A stretch of DNA of 64,000 bases from positions 346 through 64,345 of the forward strand of contig JBAZFB010000003.1 of assembly GCA_041653595.1 (NCBI GenBank), written 5' to 3'. Made by a program: the position numbers and the translations under genes. Position 1 is the stretch's first letter. Each line of letters begins with the position of its first letter. The stretch is from Candidatus Omnitrophota bacterium (GTDB lineage: Bacteria; Omnitrophota; Gorgyraeia; Pluralincolimonadales; Pluralincolimonadaceae). Of this stretch, positions 19,025-28,253 are shown one piece after another. The notes below the pieces were generated by a model. That model saw only the letters and a program-made list of their open reading frames with translations. It searched no databases and had not been told where the DNA came from.

Positions 19025-20749
19025 ATGCGCGGCAGGATCTATTCGATAATAGTAGATGTCTTGTTCCTGGTCATACTGGCGGGGTTGGCCTATCTCCAGA
19101 TATTGAGATGGCCGCTCTACCATGACCTCTCCAGGAAGAACCACATAAGGCTGATACCGATGCCCGGCCTGCGCGGAACTATCTACGACAGGAACGGCCT
19201 CGCCATAGTCGATAACCGCCTTTCTTTCGACGTGGTCATCATCCCGCAGGAGGTGGAGAATGTCGATACGACATACGGCCGTCTCTCCCTGGCCCTGGGC
19301 ATTTCGAGGTCCCGCATCGAATCGATCGTGAAAAAGGATTATACCGCGCCGTTCGCGCCGATAACCATCGCCGGCGACGTCGATAAGGACCTCGCTTTCC
19401 GCCTCGAGGAGAAGAAACAGGAGCTTCCCGGCGTGCTGGTCCTGCCGAGGACCCTTCGCTGGTATATTTACGGGGAGAGGACGTCGCACATGATCGGTTA
19501 CTTAAGCCTCATAAACAAGAAAGAGCTTGAGAGGCTCGGCGATTACGGATATTCAATAAGCGACCTTGTCGGCCGCGACGGCATCGAGCGGGCCTATGAC
19601 AAATACCTGAAAGGCGAGGACGGAGGCACGCAGCTGGAGGTGGACGCCACCGGCAGGCTGGTTAAGATCCTCGGGAGCAAGAACCAGAAGAAGGGCACGG
19701 ATATCACCCTGACCGTCGACGCGAAACTGCAGGCCTACGCGGCCGACTGTCTCGAAGGGGTCAAAGGGTCGGTCGTCATAATGGACCCGCGCAATGGGGA
19801 GATTTTAGCCATGGTTTCATCCCCGTCATTCGACTCGAATATATTCGTCGAGCGCGGCAAGGGCGAACAGGCGGTCAATTACATGAGGTCGGGCTCGCAT
19901 CCGATGCTCAACCGGGCGATAAACGGCCAGTATCCCGCGGGTTCTATCTTCAAGATAATAATGTCTGATGCCGGACTCGAGACGAAAACGATAACCGAAC
20001 ACTCGACTTTTACCTGCAGCGGGAAGTTTTTCCTCGGGAGGGCCGAATTCGACTGCTGGAAGGAAGGAGGGCACGGACCGCAGGACCTGCGCGACGCGAT
20101 AACGCATTCATGCAACGTTTATTTCTACAATTTAGGGCACAAGCTGGGGCCGAATGTGATCTCCGAATACTCCCAGAAGTTCGGCCTCGGGAAACCTACG
20201 GGAATAGATATTGCAGGCGAGAGCGCCGGACTTGTGCCGAGCCCAGCCTGGAAAAAGGCGAGGAGGGGACAGAACTGGTATGAGGGCGAGACGATCAATT
20301 ATGCCATAGGCCAGGGGGACCTCCTGGTGACGCCGCTGCAGATGGTCGAGGTCGTTTCCGTGTTCGCGACCGAGGGCAACGCCCCGAGACCGCATCTTAT
20401 AAAGAAGATCGGCAATGCCGATGTCCAGGTACCGAAGCCGAAGACGATACCGGTCTCAAAGGCCGCGATCGGGACCATAAAGTCCGCGATGGTGAACGTC
20501 GTCGCCTCGGATACCGGGACAGGACAGAGGGCGAGGATAGAGGGGATAAAGGTAGCGGCGAAGACAGGCACCGCGCAGACGCCTAACGGCGAACCGCACG
20601 CGTGGTTCTTGGGTTTCGCGCCCGCCGGCGATCCGAAAATAGCTTTTGTGGTGATGGTCGAACACGGCGGCCACGGAGGCGTGACCGCAGCCGACATAGC
20701 GAAGAAGATACTTGATTTCGCGAAGGATAACACGGAAATATTCAAATGA
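19025..20749 (+). CDS. mrdA: penicillin-binding protein 2 (elongasome transpeptidase)
   Basis: N-terminal TM helix, PBP dimerisation domain and a transpeptidase domain; mrdA-rodA pairing. Confidence 0.9.
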   Translation: MRGRIYSIIVDVLFLVILAGLAYLQILRWPLYHDLSRKNHIRLIPMPGLRGTIYDRNGLAIVDNRLSFDVVIIPQEVENVDTTYGRLSLALGISRSRIESIVKKDYTAPFAPITIAGDVDKDLAFRLEEKKQELPGVLVLPRTLRWYIYGERTSHMIGYLSLINKKELERLGDYGYSISDLVGRDGIERAYDKYLKGEDGGTQLEVDATGRLVKILGSKNQKKGTDITLTVDAKLQAYAADCLEGVKGSVVIMDPRNGEILAMVSSPSFDSNIFVERGKGEQAVNYMRSGSHPMLNRAINGQYPAGSIFKIIMSDAGLETKTITEHSTFTCSGKFFLGRAEFDCWKEGGHGPQDLRDAITHSCNVYFYNLGHKLGPNVISEYSQKFGLGKPTGIDIAGESAGLVPSPAWKKARRGQNWYEGETINYAIGQGDLLVTPLQMVEVVSVFATEGNAPRPHLIKKIGNADVQVPKPKTIPVSKAAIGTIKSAMVNVVASDTGTGQRARIEGIKVAAKTGTAQTPNGEPHAWFLGFAPAGDPKIAFVVMVEHGGHGGVTAADIAKKILDFAKDNTEIFK

Positions 20750-21852
20750 AGAACGGCTATAAGTTAAAAGGCGAATTCGATTACGGGCTCGTGCTCATAA
20801 CAGCGGTCATCCTGCTCATGGGGCTCTTCGTCATCTACAGCGCCTCGTACCAGAAACTCGTCTCTTCGAACGCGAACCTCGCGATGAGGCAGGTCAATTC
20901 CGCGGCGCTCGGCCTCGTCATCGCCGCGGCGATATTCAGGATAGGTTACCAGAGGATAATAGATTTCAGTTATTATATATTCGGCCTTAACATACTGTTC
21001 CTGGTCCTTGTCCTCGTCCCGGGCATCGGCGATGTCCGCTACGGGGCGAGGCGGTGGATAGAGTTCGGCTCATTCGCATTCCAGCCGTCGGAGTTCGCGA
21101 AGGTGACTTTCATATTCGCGCTGGCGAAGTATCTCGGGGACATAAAGGAAGGGATAGCAGAACTGAAAGCGCTCATCATTCCTTTCGCTATGGCGGTGGT
21201 CCCGATACTCCTCATATTCAAGGAGCCTGACCTCGGCACGGCTTTGATATTCATCCCGATCCTGCTCACCATGCTGCTTATCGCCGGGGCGCGGCCGAAA
21301 TACCTTCTTTTTATGATCGGCGCGGGCCTGGCGTGCGCGCCGTTTTTATGGTTCATCCTGAAGGATTACCAGAGGGCGCGGCTTTTAGTCTTCCTGAACC
21401 CGAATCTCGATCCTCTCGGCGCCGGATACACGATCATACAATCCAAGATAGCGATAGGCTCGGGAGGGATCTTCGGGAAGGGGTGGCTTTCCGGGACGCA
21501 GAACCAGCTGAATTTCCTGCCTGAACGCCACACGGATTTCATCTTCTCGGTAGTGGGTGAGGAGTGGGGGTTCATCGGGGGCGCCCTGCTCTTGTTCCTT
21601 TTTTACAGGTTCGTCGGCAAGGGGATAAGGATAGCCGAAACGACAAGCGACACATACGGCAAAGCCCTCGCCTACGGGATCACCACGATGTTCGCGGTGC
21701 ATGTGATAGTTAATATCGGCATGGTCTGCGGCATAATGCCTGTCGTCGGCCTGCCGCTTCCTTTCGTATCATACGGCGGTTCCTTCCTCATTATGTCCCT
21801 CGCCTGCGTCGGCATTCTCGAGAATATAAAAAACAAACGCAAGGTGTTCTGA
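20746..21852 (+). CDS. rodA: SEDS-family peptidoglycan glycosyltransferase RodA
   Basis: FtsW/RodA/SpoVE fold ending PFVSYGGSF; follows mrdA. Confidence 0.9.
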   Translation: MKNGYKLKGEFDYGLVLITAVILLMGLFVIYSASYQKLVSSNANLAMRQVNSAALGLVIAAAIFRIGYQRIIDFSYYIFGLNILFLVLVLVPGIGDVRYGARRWIEFGSFAFQPSEFAKVTFIFALAKYLGDIKEGIAELKALIIPFAMAVVPILLIFKEPDLGTALIFIPILLTMLLIAGARPKYLLFMIGAGLACAPFLWFILKDYQRARLLVFLNPNLDPLGAGYTIIQSKIAIGSGGIFGKGWLSGTQNQLNFLPERHTDFIFSVVGEEWGFIGGALLLFLFYRFVGKGIRIAETTSDTYGKALAYGITTMFAVHVIVNIGMVCGIMPVVGLPLPFVSYGGSFLIMSLACVGILENIKNKRKVF

Positions 21853-23486
21853 TGCTGACCGACGAGATGCTCCTCGGCGTGAGAAAACCCGCCCGGTACA
21901 CGGGCGGCGAATGGAACAGCGTCGTAAAAGGGGATAAAGGGATAGATTGCAGGGTCGCCTTATGCTTTCCCGACCTCTACGAGGTCGGGATGAGCCATCT
22001 GGGGTTGAAGATACTCTACTCCATCCTGAACGACAGGGGCGATGTCGCGTGCGAACGCTCATTCGCTCCCTGGCACGATATGGAAAAGGTCATGAGAGAG
22101 AAGGGGATACCGCTCTTCTCGCTCGAGACGAGACGCCCGCTCGGCAAATTCGACATAGTCGGCTTCTCCCTCCAGTACGAGTTGAGTTATACGAATATAC
22201 TCAACATGCTCGACCTCTCCGGCATACCGATTTTTTCGAAAGACCGCGACAACTCCGCTCCTCTCGTAGTGGGCGGCGGGCCGTGCGCGTTCAATCCCGA
22301 ACCGCTCGCGGATTTCTTCGATTGTTTCATCATCGGCGAGGCCGAAGAGGCCCTCCCTGAGGTGGTCGACGCCGTGATAGAAAATAAAAAAACCGGGCAG
22401 GGCAGGCGCCGGTTGCTGGAGAGGCTTGCCGCGCTCGAGGGCGTCTATGTCCCGTCAATCCCGGGTGAGGTGAAAAAAAGATTCGTCGCCGATCTCGATT
22501 CCGCGCCTTTCCCGGAAAAGCCGGTAGTCCCTTTCATAGATATCGTCCATGACAGGATACAGATAGAGATAATGCGCGGCTGCAGGAGGTCGTGCAATTT
22601 CTGCCAGGCGTGCGCGATCTACGGGCCTAACCGTTTCCGTTCCCCGGAAAAGATACTCTCGCTGGCCGAGAATATCTATAAAAATACGGGTTATGACGAG
22701 ATATCTCTCGTCTCTCTCTCGTCCGGGGACCATCCGCAGATAATGGAAATAGTGGCATCCCTTACGAAGGCCTTTAAAGAGAGGGCGGTGAGCATCTCGT
22801 TCCCGTCCATCAGGGTCGAGGAAATGACGAGCCGCCTCCCGCTCGAGCTCGCGTCGGGAAGGCGAACCGGGCTTACCTTCGCGCCCGAGGTCGGCAGCGA
22901 CAAGATGCGCAAAGTGATCAATAAGAATATACCGCCTGAGGCGCTTAAGGAATGCGCCTACCAGGCCTTCAAGAATAATTGGCGCAGGATAAAGCTCTAT
23001 TTCATGATCGGCCTGCCCAGAGAGGAAGACAGCGACCTCGACGCTATCGTCGACCTGGCCAGGGAGGTCTCCGAGACCAAAAAGAAGGTTGACGGGAGGG
23101 CCGCGGATATTAACGCCGCGGTATCGGTATTCATCCCGAAGCCGCATACGAGATTCGAGCGTGAGGCGATGTTGCCGGTTGATGAGGTATACAGGAGGCA
23201 GAGGTATATCAGGGAGAAGGCGAGGCGCACAAGGGTGAAATTTGTTTTTCATGACCCGAAGATGAGCTACCTGGAGTCGGTCTTCGCGCGCGGAGACAGG
23301 GATCTCTCCGGGGCGCTTTATCTTGCCTGGAAAAGCGGGTGCAGGTTCGACAGCTGGAAGGAAAATTTCGATCTCGAAAAGTGGCTGCCGGTTTTCAGGG
23401 AGGCCGGCATAGACCCGGATCGTTATTCATTGAGAGAGCGGGGGTTAGACGAAGAACTTCCCTGGGGATTCATCGCGCTGCGATAA
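21852..23486 (+). CDS. radical SAM protein, TIGR03960-like (B12-binding-like N-domain plus Cx3Cx2C core)
   Basis: RKPARYTGGEWNSV...CFPDLYEVGMSHLGLKILY N-terminus and a CRRSCNFC radical SAM cluster motif. This family is normally fused to, or adjacent to, a DUF2344 protein. Confidence 0.85.
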   Translation: MLTDEMLLGVRKPARYTGGEWNSVVKGDKGIDCRVALCFPDLYEVGMSHLGLKILYSILNDRGDVACERSFAPWHDMEKVMREKGIPLFSLETRRPLGKFDIVGFSLQYELSYTNILNMLDLSGIPIFSKDRDNSAPLVVGGGPCAFNPEPLADFFDCFIIGEAEEALPEVVDAVIENKKTGQGRRRLLERLAALEGVYVPSIPGEVKKRFVADLDSAPFPEKPVVPFIDIVHDRIQIEIMRGCRRSCNFCQACAIYGPNRFRSPEKILSLAENIYKNTGYDEISLVSLSSGDHPQIMEIVASLTKAFKERAVSISFPSIRVEEMTSRLPLELASGRRTGLTFAPEVGSDKMRKVINKNIPPEALKECAYQAFKNNWRRIKLYFMIGLPREEDSDLDAIVDLAREVSETKKKVDGRAADINAAVSVFIPKPHTRFEREAMLPVDEVYRRQRYIREKARRTRVKFVFHDPKMSYLESVFARGDRDLSGALYLAWKSGCRFDSWKENFDLEKWLPVFREAGIDPDRYSLRERGLDEELPWGFIALR

Positions 23487-23492
23487 TTATGT

Positions 23493-23521
23493 TTGACACC
23501 TAATTTAGGAACAGGTATACT
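23493..23521 (+). promoter_or_regulatory. strong sigma70-like promoter TTGACA-17-TATACT at the head of the pilus island
   Basis: Perfect -35 hexamer, 17 nt spacer, 5/6 -10 hexamer. Followed by a GGGAG RBS and the GGDEF gene. Confidence 0.45.
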
Positions 23522-23554
23522 TTTTATAATAAATTACGAAGGGAGATGATAAAG

Positions 23555-24994
23555 ATGGCAGGAATTATCAAAAAACTGTCGCTTATACCCGCCGGCCTCC
23601 GTTACAAGTTGACCGTAGTTTTCGTGTTGATGTCCTTCATCCCGCTTGCCATCTGTGTCTATCTCGCGTACAATTTTATTTATTTCCCGTTCCTCCAGCC
23701 CAATATAGACCTGGATTTTACGACGAAAAACGTCTCGCTCGTCATAGGCTTAACTATCCTTATCGCCTTGCTAGGTTTCAAGATCATCTGGGACATCGCC
23801 TCGCCGATAATCGATATGGCCATCAAAGCCAGGGGCATCGCTAACGGCGATTACTCAAGGAGCATAGAAGTCAAGAGCGAGGACGAGGTGGGGGAACTCG
23901 GCATTACCCTTAACACGCTCACCCGCCGTATACGCGAGAATATGGACGAACTCCGCTCCTACGGGGAGAGGACAAAAGAGATAAACGTTGAGATAAACAA
24001 GAAGGTCCTGATCATGTCGGGCCTCCTGCAGGTCAGCAACCTGATCTCGCAGGGCGCTTCGCTTGATGAGATCCTCAAGATAGCCATTGAAAAGATAAGC
24101 CAGGCCGAGGAAGATTCATCAGCGTTCCTGATGCTTACCGAGGAGAAGAACACCCTCATAATGAAGGAAAACGAGAACCTGAGCGGGAGCTTGAATTCGC
24201 TCAGGGTCAAGATAGGCACCGGCCTCCTCGGGAAGCTCGTCGCCGAGAACAAGATGTCCACCATAGACCGGCGTTCGCGGATGACGCCTGACATCGAGGA
24301 ATTTCTTAAGGTCTTCAGTGTCAAGAATTGCCTCCTGTGTCCCATCGTCGCGCACGGACACGGCTTCGGGATCGTAGGGTTATGCAATACGGTTGCGGAT
24401 TATGAGTTCAGGGAAGAGGATACCGAGCTTATAAAACTTTTCGGGAAACAGATGGCTATAGCCGTGGAGAACGAGATACTGACCGCCAAGGCGAAGGAAC
24501 TGGCCATCAAGGATGAGCTCACCGGCCTCTATAACGAGAAGTTCATCATCTCCCGCCTCGAGGAAGAGATCAAGCGCGCGGCATTATACCAGAGGCCGTG
24601 TTCGTTCCTTATTTTCAATATCGACGACCTTAATTTATACAGGGACATAAACGGGGAACTGGCGGCCGAGGATACCATAAAGAAGATCGGCAAGATAATA
24701 GAATCGAACATCACCGAGGTCGACAGGGTAGGCAGGTTGAGCGGCGATACGTTCGCGGTGATACTGCCGGAGAAGAACAAGAAACAGGCGAATACTGCGG
24801 CGGAAGTCCTCAAGCAGCGCGTCGAAGCCTTCGGCATCGCCGGCGGCAAAGGTTATCCGCGCAACTTCGTGACGGTGAGCGGCGGCGTGAGCGAGAACCC
24901 CATAGACGGCGTGAGCGCCGAAGACCTGATAAAAAAAGCGACTTTAGCATTGAACGAAGCCAAATCAAAAGGAAAGAATACGATCGTCTCTTAA
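23555..24994 (+). CDS. membrane HAMP-GAF-GGDEF protein with a degenerate active site (SGDTF)
   Basis: Two TM helices, a HAMP-like linker, a GAF-like middle and a C-terminal GGDEF fold (LTGLYNEKF...RLSGDTFAVIL). GG[DE]EF is replaced by SGDTF and no RxxD I-site is present. Start set at the second ATG (23555) for RBS spacing. Confidence 0.85.
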   Translation: MAGIIKKLSLIPAGLRYKLTVVFVLMSFIPLAICVYLAYNFIYFPFLQPNIDLDFTTKNVSLVIGLTILIALLGFKIIWDIASPIIDMAIKARGIANGDYSRSIEVKSEDEVGELGITLNTLTRRIRENMDELRSYGERTKEINVEINKKVLIMSGLLQVSNLISQGASLDEILKIAIEKISQAEEDSSAFLMLTEEKNTLIMKENENLSGSLNSLRVKIGTGLLGKLVAENKMSTIDRRSRMTPDIEEFLKVFSVKNCLLCPIVAHGHGFGIVGLCNTVADYEFREEDTELIKLFGKQMAIAVENEILTAKAKELAIKDELTGLYNEKFIISRLEEEIKRAALYQRPCSFLIFNIDDLNLYRDINGELAAEDTIKKIGKIIESNITEVDRVGRLSGDTFAVILPEKNKKQANTAAEVLKQRVEAFGIAGGKGYPRNFVTVSGGVSENPIDGVSAEDLIKKATLALNEAKSKGKNTIVS

Positions 24995-25009
24995 TCCTAA
25001 GGAGGTCCC

Positions 25010-26077
25010 ATGGTAAATGTCCAGATAGAGACACTGCTTAAATTGATGGTCCAGAAGGGGGCGTCCGACCTGCATATCTCCGTGTTTTCCCCGCCCCAGC
25101 TTAGGATAGACGAGCAGTTGGTGCCGACCGAATTCGGCACTCTCGCGGCCGAGGACACCAAGAGGCTGGCTTACAGCATGCTCAAGCCGCAGCACATAGA
25201 GAAGTTCGAACGTGAGCTTGAACTTGATATCTCGTTCGGCATAGAGGGGCTTGGGCGCTTCAGGGTCAATGTCTTCCTCCAAAGGGGATATGTCGGCGCT
25301 GCGGTAAGGCTCCTTCCACTCCACATAATGAGTTTCGAGGAGTGCGGCCTCCCGCTCAATGTCGTCGAGGACCTCTGCAAAAGGCCCAAGGGGCTCGTCC
25401 TCGTCACAGGCGCCACCGGAAGCGGCAAGTCCACGACCCTCGCCTCGATGGTCGACAAGATAAATTCGGAGAGGAATTGCCATATCGTGATAGTGGAGGA
25501 CCCGATCGAGTATGTCCATAAGAACAAAAAAGCGCTGGTCGACCAGCGCGAAGTCGGGCCGGACACGCAATCGTTCGCGCAATCGCTGAAGCATGTCCTG
25601 AGGCAGGACCCGAACGTCATCCTCATCGGCGAGATGCGCGACCTCGAGACGATCGAGGCCGCGCTGGATATCGCCGAGACGGGCCATCTCGTCCTTTCCA
25701 CGCTCCACACTTCGGACGCGGTCCAGACGATAAACAGGGTCATAGACGTCTTCCCCTCTCATCAGCAGCAGCAGGTCAAGATACAGCTCTCATTTGTACT
25801 GCTCGGCGTCCTCGCCCAGCAGCTCATACCGAAGGCCGGCGGCCGCGGCAGGGTCCTGGCGACCGAGGTATTGATCGCCACACCCGCGGTGAGGAGCCTT
25901 ATACGCGAGGCTAAAACGCACCAATTGTATTCCGTGATACAGACGAGCCAGAAAGAGGGCATGAGGACGATGAACCAGACGCTCTTCGAACTTTATAACA
26001 AGAAATTGATAAGCTACGAAGACGCGATACTCCGAAGCACTGATCCGGACGATCTTGACAGGTTATTCAGGAAATAG
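25010..26077 (+). CDS. pilT: type IV pilus retraction ATPase PilT
   Basis: ASDLHISV N-terminus, GATGSGKST Walker A, hexameric secretion ATPase core, about 355 aa, no N-terminal GSPII domain. Confidence 0.9.
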   Translation: MVNVQIETLLKLMVQKGASDLHISVFSPPQLRIDEQLVPTEFGTLAAEDTKRLAYSMLKPQHIEKFERELELDISFGIEGLGRFRVNVFLQRGYVGAAVRLLPLHIMSFEECGLPLNVVEDLCKRPKGLVLVTGATGSGKSTTLASMVDKINSERNCHIVIVEDPIEYVHKNKKALVDQREVGPDTQSFAQSLKHVLRQDPNVILIGEMRDLETIEAALDIAETGHLVLSTLHTSDAVQTINRVIDVFPSHQQQQVKIQLSFVLLGVLAQQLIPKAGGRGRVLATEVLIATPAVRSLIREAKTHQLYSVIQTSQKEGMRTMNQTLFELYNKKLISYEDAILRSTDPDDLDRLFRK

Positions 26078-26083
26078 GGGCAT

Positions 26084-26530
26084 ATGGCGTCGGTAAAGCG
26101 CGTAATAACTAAAACAATAGGACAGCTCCTCCTGGAAAAAGGCGTGATAAAACAGGCGCATCTCGACGAGGCCTTGAAGATCCAGAAGGAGAAGGGCGGG
26201 CTTTTGGGCCAGATCCTGGCCGGGCTGGGATATGTAACTGAAGAGCAAATAGCCCAAGCCATCACGGTCCAGTACGGGTTCCCGTACCTTCCGCTGGCTA
26301 ATTACGAGATGGACGAGTCGGCGATAAAGATGGTGCCGGAGAACGTCGCCCGCCAGTATTGCCTTATCCCGATAGATAAGATCGGCAATACCGTGACCAT
26401 CGCGATGGCCGATCCCCTTAACATCCAGGCCGTAGAGGACATAGAGATGGTGACCGGCTGCTCGATACAGATATTCGTTTCTACGGCGACCGACATAAAG
26501 CAGGCGATAGACAAATTCTACAAAAAATAG
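26084..26530 (+). CDS. standalone GspE-N/MshEN-like domain protein (putative c-di-GMP binding)
   Basis: 148 aa carrying two tandem 24-residue MshEN-type motifs, TIGQLLLEKGVIKQAHLDEALKIQ-KEKGG-LLGQILAGLGYVTEEQIAQAITVQ. No ATPase domain. Own RBS and stop. Confidence 0.7.
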   Translation: MASVKRVITKTIGQLLLEKGVIKQAHLDEALKIQKEKGGLLGQILAGLGYVTEEQIAQAITVQYGFPYLPLANYEMDESAIKMVPENVARQYCLIPIDKIGNTVTIAMADPLNIQAVEDIEMVTGCSIQIFVSTATDIKQAIDKFYKK

Positions 26531-26546
26531 GAGACCCTGACAGCCG

Positions 26547-28250
26547 ATGCCATCTGGGATCAAGGAACGGCTAAGCGAGTTACTGATAAAAAAGGGGGCT
26601 ATAACCGAAGAGAAATTAAACCAGGCCCTTCAAGCCCAGAAAGAGAAGGGCGGTTCGCTGGGAGACATCCTTGTCTCTTTGGGGGCCATAACCCAGAGGG
26701 ACCTTTTAGCGATACTAAGCCAGGAACTCGGCATCCCGCCGATATCCCTTTCCAAATTCAAGATCGACCCTGAAATAACGAAGTTCATCCCGAAAAAGAT
26801 CGCCGCCAATTACCAGATCATGCCTATATCGAAGATGGGCAATGTCCTGACCGTCGCGATGGCGGACCCGCTTAATGTCTTCGCGCTCGACGACATAAGG
26901 AATGTCACGGGTATGGATATCACGCCCATCATAACCACACAGGACGATGTGAAGGCCGCGATAGAGCAGCATTACGGCAGCGCGGCGACATCCACCATCG
27001 AAGCGCTGGTAAAGGAGACGAATATAGAGCTCATCTCTTCCAGGAGAATAGAGGATGAGTCTGTCGAGGTGATGGGCGCGGTCGCCGATACGCCTGTGGT
27101 AAAACTTACGAACGCCATTGTCCTGGACGCGACAAAAGCGCGGGCGAGCGATATCCTGATAGAACCGATGGAAGACCACCTGCGCGTCAGGTATAAGATC
27201 GACGGGATATTCAGGGAAGCGCAGTCGCTTCCAAGGTCGATACAATCGGGCATAATATCCAGGATAAAAGTCATGTCGAACCTCAATATCGCCGAGCGGC
27301 GCCTGCCACAGGACGGCAGGTTCAAGATAAAGGTGCAGGAGAGGGAGGTCGACTTCAGGGTCTCGACAGTCCCGACCGCGTTCGGCGAAAAAGTGGCGCT
27401 CAGGATCCTCGATAAATCCCAGGCCATGCTCGATGTGGATAAGCTGGGTTTCGAGAAGGAACCCCTCGACGAGCTCAAGAAGGCCTCGAGGAGGCCCCAC
27501 GGGATGATACTCGTCTGCGGCCCGGCGGGTTCCGGCAAGACGACTACGCTCTACTCGGTCATCAAGCATATAGACGCCCCGGAAAAGAATTTTGTCACCG
27601 TAGAAGACCCGGTCGAATACCTGCTCCCCGGGATAAACCAGGTCAATATAAACCCGAATATCGGGTTGACATACGCGGCCACTCTCCGTTCGATATTGCG
27701 CCAGGACCCGAACGTCATAATGGTCGGCGAGATAAGGGACCTCGAGACCGTCGACATCGCGATAAAGGCCGCGCTGACCGGACACCTCGTCCTGAGCACG
27801 CTGCATACCAACACGGCGACCGGAGTCATCATGAGGCTGATGAACATGGGCGTTGAGCCGTTCCTCATCAGTTCGTCGGTGGTCCTTGTCGCGGCCCAAC
27901 GGCTTGTCAGGAAGGTCTGCCCGCGCTGTAAGGAAGTCCAGGAAATCCACAAGACATTACTCGAAAAACTTAAGATAAAGGCGCCGGAGAATGTGAAGTT
28001 CTACAAGGGCAAGGGTTGCGATCATTGTTTCAAGACCGGGTTCAGGGGAAGGGTAGGCCTTATAGAAGCGGTAGCCATAAACGCGGAGTTGAGGGAATTG
28101 ATCGCCAAGAGGGCGCACGAGAGCACCGTATACGAAGCGGCGCGCCGCGCCGGGCTCGTAACTTTAAGGGAGAGCGGGTTAAGGAAGGTATTTGACGGCA
28201 CCACGACCCTCGAGGAAGTAGTGCGCGTGACCCTCGGAGAGCAGGATTAA
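26547..28250 (+). CDS. pilB: type IV pilus assembly ATPase PilB (GspE family), paralog 1
   Basis: N-terminal MshEN-like domain (RLSELLIKKGAITEEKLNQALQAQ), GPAGSGKTTT Walker A, and a tetracysteine zinc motif CPRCK...CDHC. Confidence 0.9.
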   Translation: MPSGIKERLSELLIKKGAITEEKLNQALQAQKEKGGSLGDILVSLGAITQRDLLAILSQELGIPPISLSKFKIDPEITKFIPKKIAANYQIMPISKMGNVLTVAMADPLNVFALDDIRNVTGMDITPIITTQDDVKAAIEQHYGSAATSTIEALVKETNIELISSRRIEDESVEVMGAVADTPVVKLTNAIVLDATKARASDILIEPMEDHLRVRYKIDGIFREAQSLPRSIQSGIISRIKVMSNLNIAERRLPQDGRFKIKVQEREVDFRVSTVPTAFGEKVALRILDKSQAMLDVDKLGFEKEPLDELKKASRRPHGMILVCGPAGSGKTTTLYSVIKHIDAPEKNFVTVEDPVEYLLPGINQVNINPNIGLTYAATLRSILRQDPNVIMVGEIRDLETVDIAIKAALTGHLVLSTLHTNTATGVIMRLMNMGVEPFLISSSVVLVAAQRLVRKVCPRCKEVQEIHKTLLEKLKIKAPENVKFYKGKGCDHCFKTGFRGRVGLIEAVAINAELRELIAKRAHESTVYEAARRAGLVTLRESGLRKVFDGTTTLEEVVRVTLGEQD

Positions 28251-28253
28251 GCC

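Noticed and set aside
26084-26530. Interpreting the standalone GspE-N ORF as a frameshifted pilB pseudogene fragment
   Set aside because: The ORF is intact with its own RBS and both complete 24-residue motifs. The downstream pilB has its own full N-domain, so there is no missing piece for it to supply.
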